From Chromera velia (Eukaryota), in the NCBI GenBank assembly GCA_018398765.1, contig JAHBMJ010000533.1, positions 1 to 45,528 of the forward strand: 45,528 nucleotides of DNA, in the 5' to 3' direction. Positions within the stretch are counted from its first letter, which is position 1, and the number at the start of each line of letters is the position of its first letter. A program made the translations under genes and the position numbers. A model generated the notes under the pieces. It saw nothing but the letters and a program-made list of their open reading frames with translations. It was not told the DNA's origin and ran no database searches. Positions 44,715 to 45,528 of the stretch are shown piece by piece.

Positions 44715-44952
44715 AACCTCTCTAAACCTAAGTACCACTTAAAAAAACATAATTAAGATGATCGCTATGTGCGGCATCATTTTTCAAGAGACCGTCTACG
44801 CCTGCGGCGTAGACGGTCAAGACACTGTCTAGATATGTGGCTTTGGCTTTCAAGACACCATAAATGATCCGTGCCTGCGGTGCAGACCTTCAAGCTTATT
44901 TAAAAATGCAGTTTAATTAAACTTTCAAGTGGTAGTTAGGTTTACGGAGGTC
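44715..44952. mobile_element. Diverged MITE-like inverted-repeat element with a central hairpin
   Basis: aacctctctaaacctaagtaccacttaaaa...taattaa pairs with ttaattaa...ttcaagtggtagttaggtttacggaggtc. A perfect 13-bp stem lies at 44790-44818. Confidence 0.55.
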
Positions 44953-45528
44953 TACTCAATCATTTTTCTACATTCCTTCTGAAGTATCCCCAACTATCCC
45001 CAACTAAAATCAAGCTTACAACGCAATTAATAAATCATTGCCAGTTTAAATCTATAACTAGATCTACTATAACTCATGTTGTTTAAAGTGGCACCCGGGG
45101 GCCTAAGCTACTTATGCCCCCACCTGAAGCAAGCCCCTGCCTGGTTTTTTTCAACTTTAAACAGCATGTTATAACTTAGACTACCCACACGAATTTGAAA
45201 TGAAATAGACTAGGAAATAAAAATAATATGTTAAAACATTTACTGCGTAGTATTGTGAGGCGAGGCACGGGGCCGGCCAACCCCGGGCTGAGCCGAACTG
45301 GCACGCCCTACCGCCGTTGGGACCCACACGGCTCACAGCACACGTACGCAGGCTTATGGAGGCACCGCCATGGCAGTCTGTATTGGAAGAGAAATAATAT
45401 GCAGACGGGAGTAATTAACGTACGACAAATAGAATTAAATAGAAAAGTATGCATTTGTCCTATCAGACGTTGACTGTAAGAAAGCAACCGCACTGTCAGT
45501 TCTTCCGTAAGTAGGATGAGTCAAGTCT

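Noticed and set aside
44461..45139. hAT-like element from CAGTGCC to GCCCCTG
   Set aside because: The right end looks like a CAGGGGC terminus, but the left end matches poorly and there is no 8-bp TSD.
45229..45528. Start of another LTR, or the 81-aa ORF
   Set aside because: A TG-initiated GC-rich island, but no CA end, TSD or PBS inside the window, and the ORF has no recognisable motif.

Overview
This is eukaryotic nuclear DNA with very intron-dense genes, microsatellite-filled introns and bipartite (signal + transit) leader peptides. That pattern suggests a chromerid/alveolate-type alga such as Chromera (inference). Three host genes were reconstructed by eye: (1) a 7-exon minus-strand flavin-containing monooxygenase with a plastid-type leader (8131->4135); (2) head-to-head with it, a ~49-exon, ~1,890-aa plus-strand gene (8909-30386) encoding a long beta-propeller/WD40-like region, degenerate ankyrin-like helices and a complete TRPV/TRPA-like six-helix channel with a C-terminal coiled coil; (3) an intronless minus-strand TraB/TIKI-family gene (44040->42724). 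The left edge holds the 5' LTR, tRNA-iMet-type primer-binding site and gag start of an LTR retrotransposon. 31-42 kb is a nest of transposons: MITEs, three hAT-like elements with 8-bp TSDs, a truncated non-LTR retrotransposon, a probable solo LTR, and a 1.76-kb short-TIR element carrying an open BED zinc-finger ORF with no visible transposase core. Assembly gaps lie at 13039-13221, 34286-34310 and 41982-42050. All gene models are manual and have not been checked against RNA or database searches.
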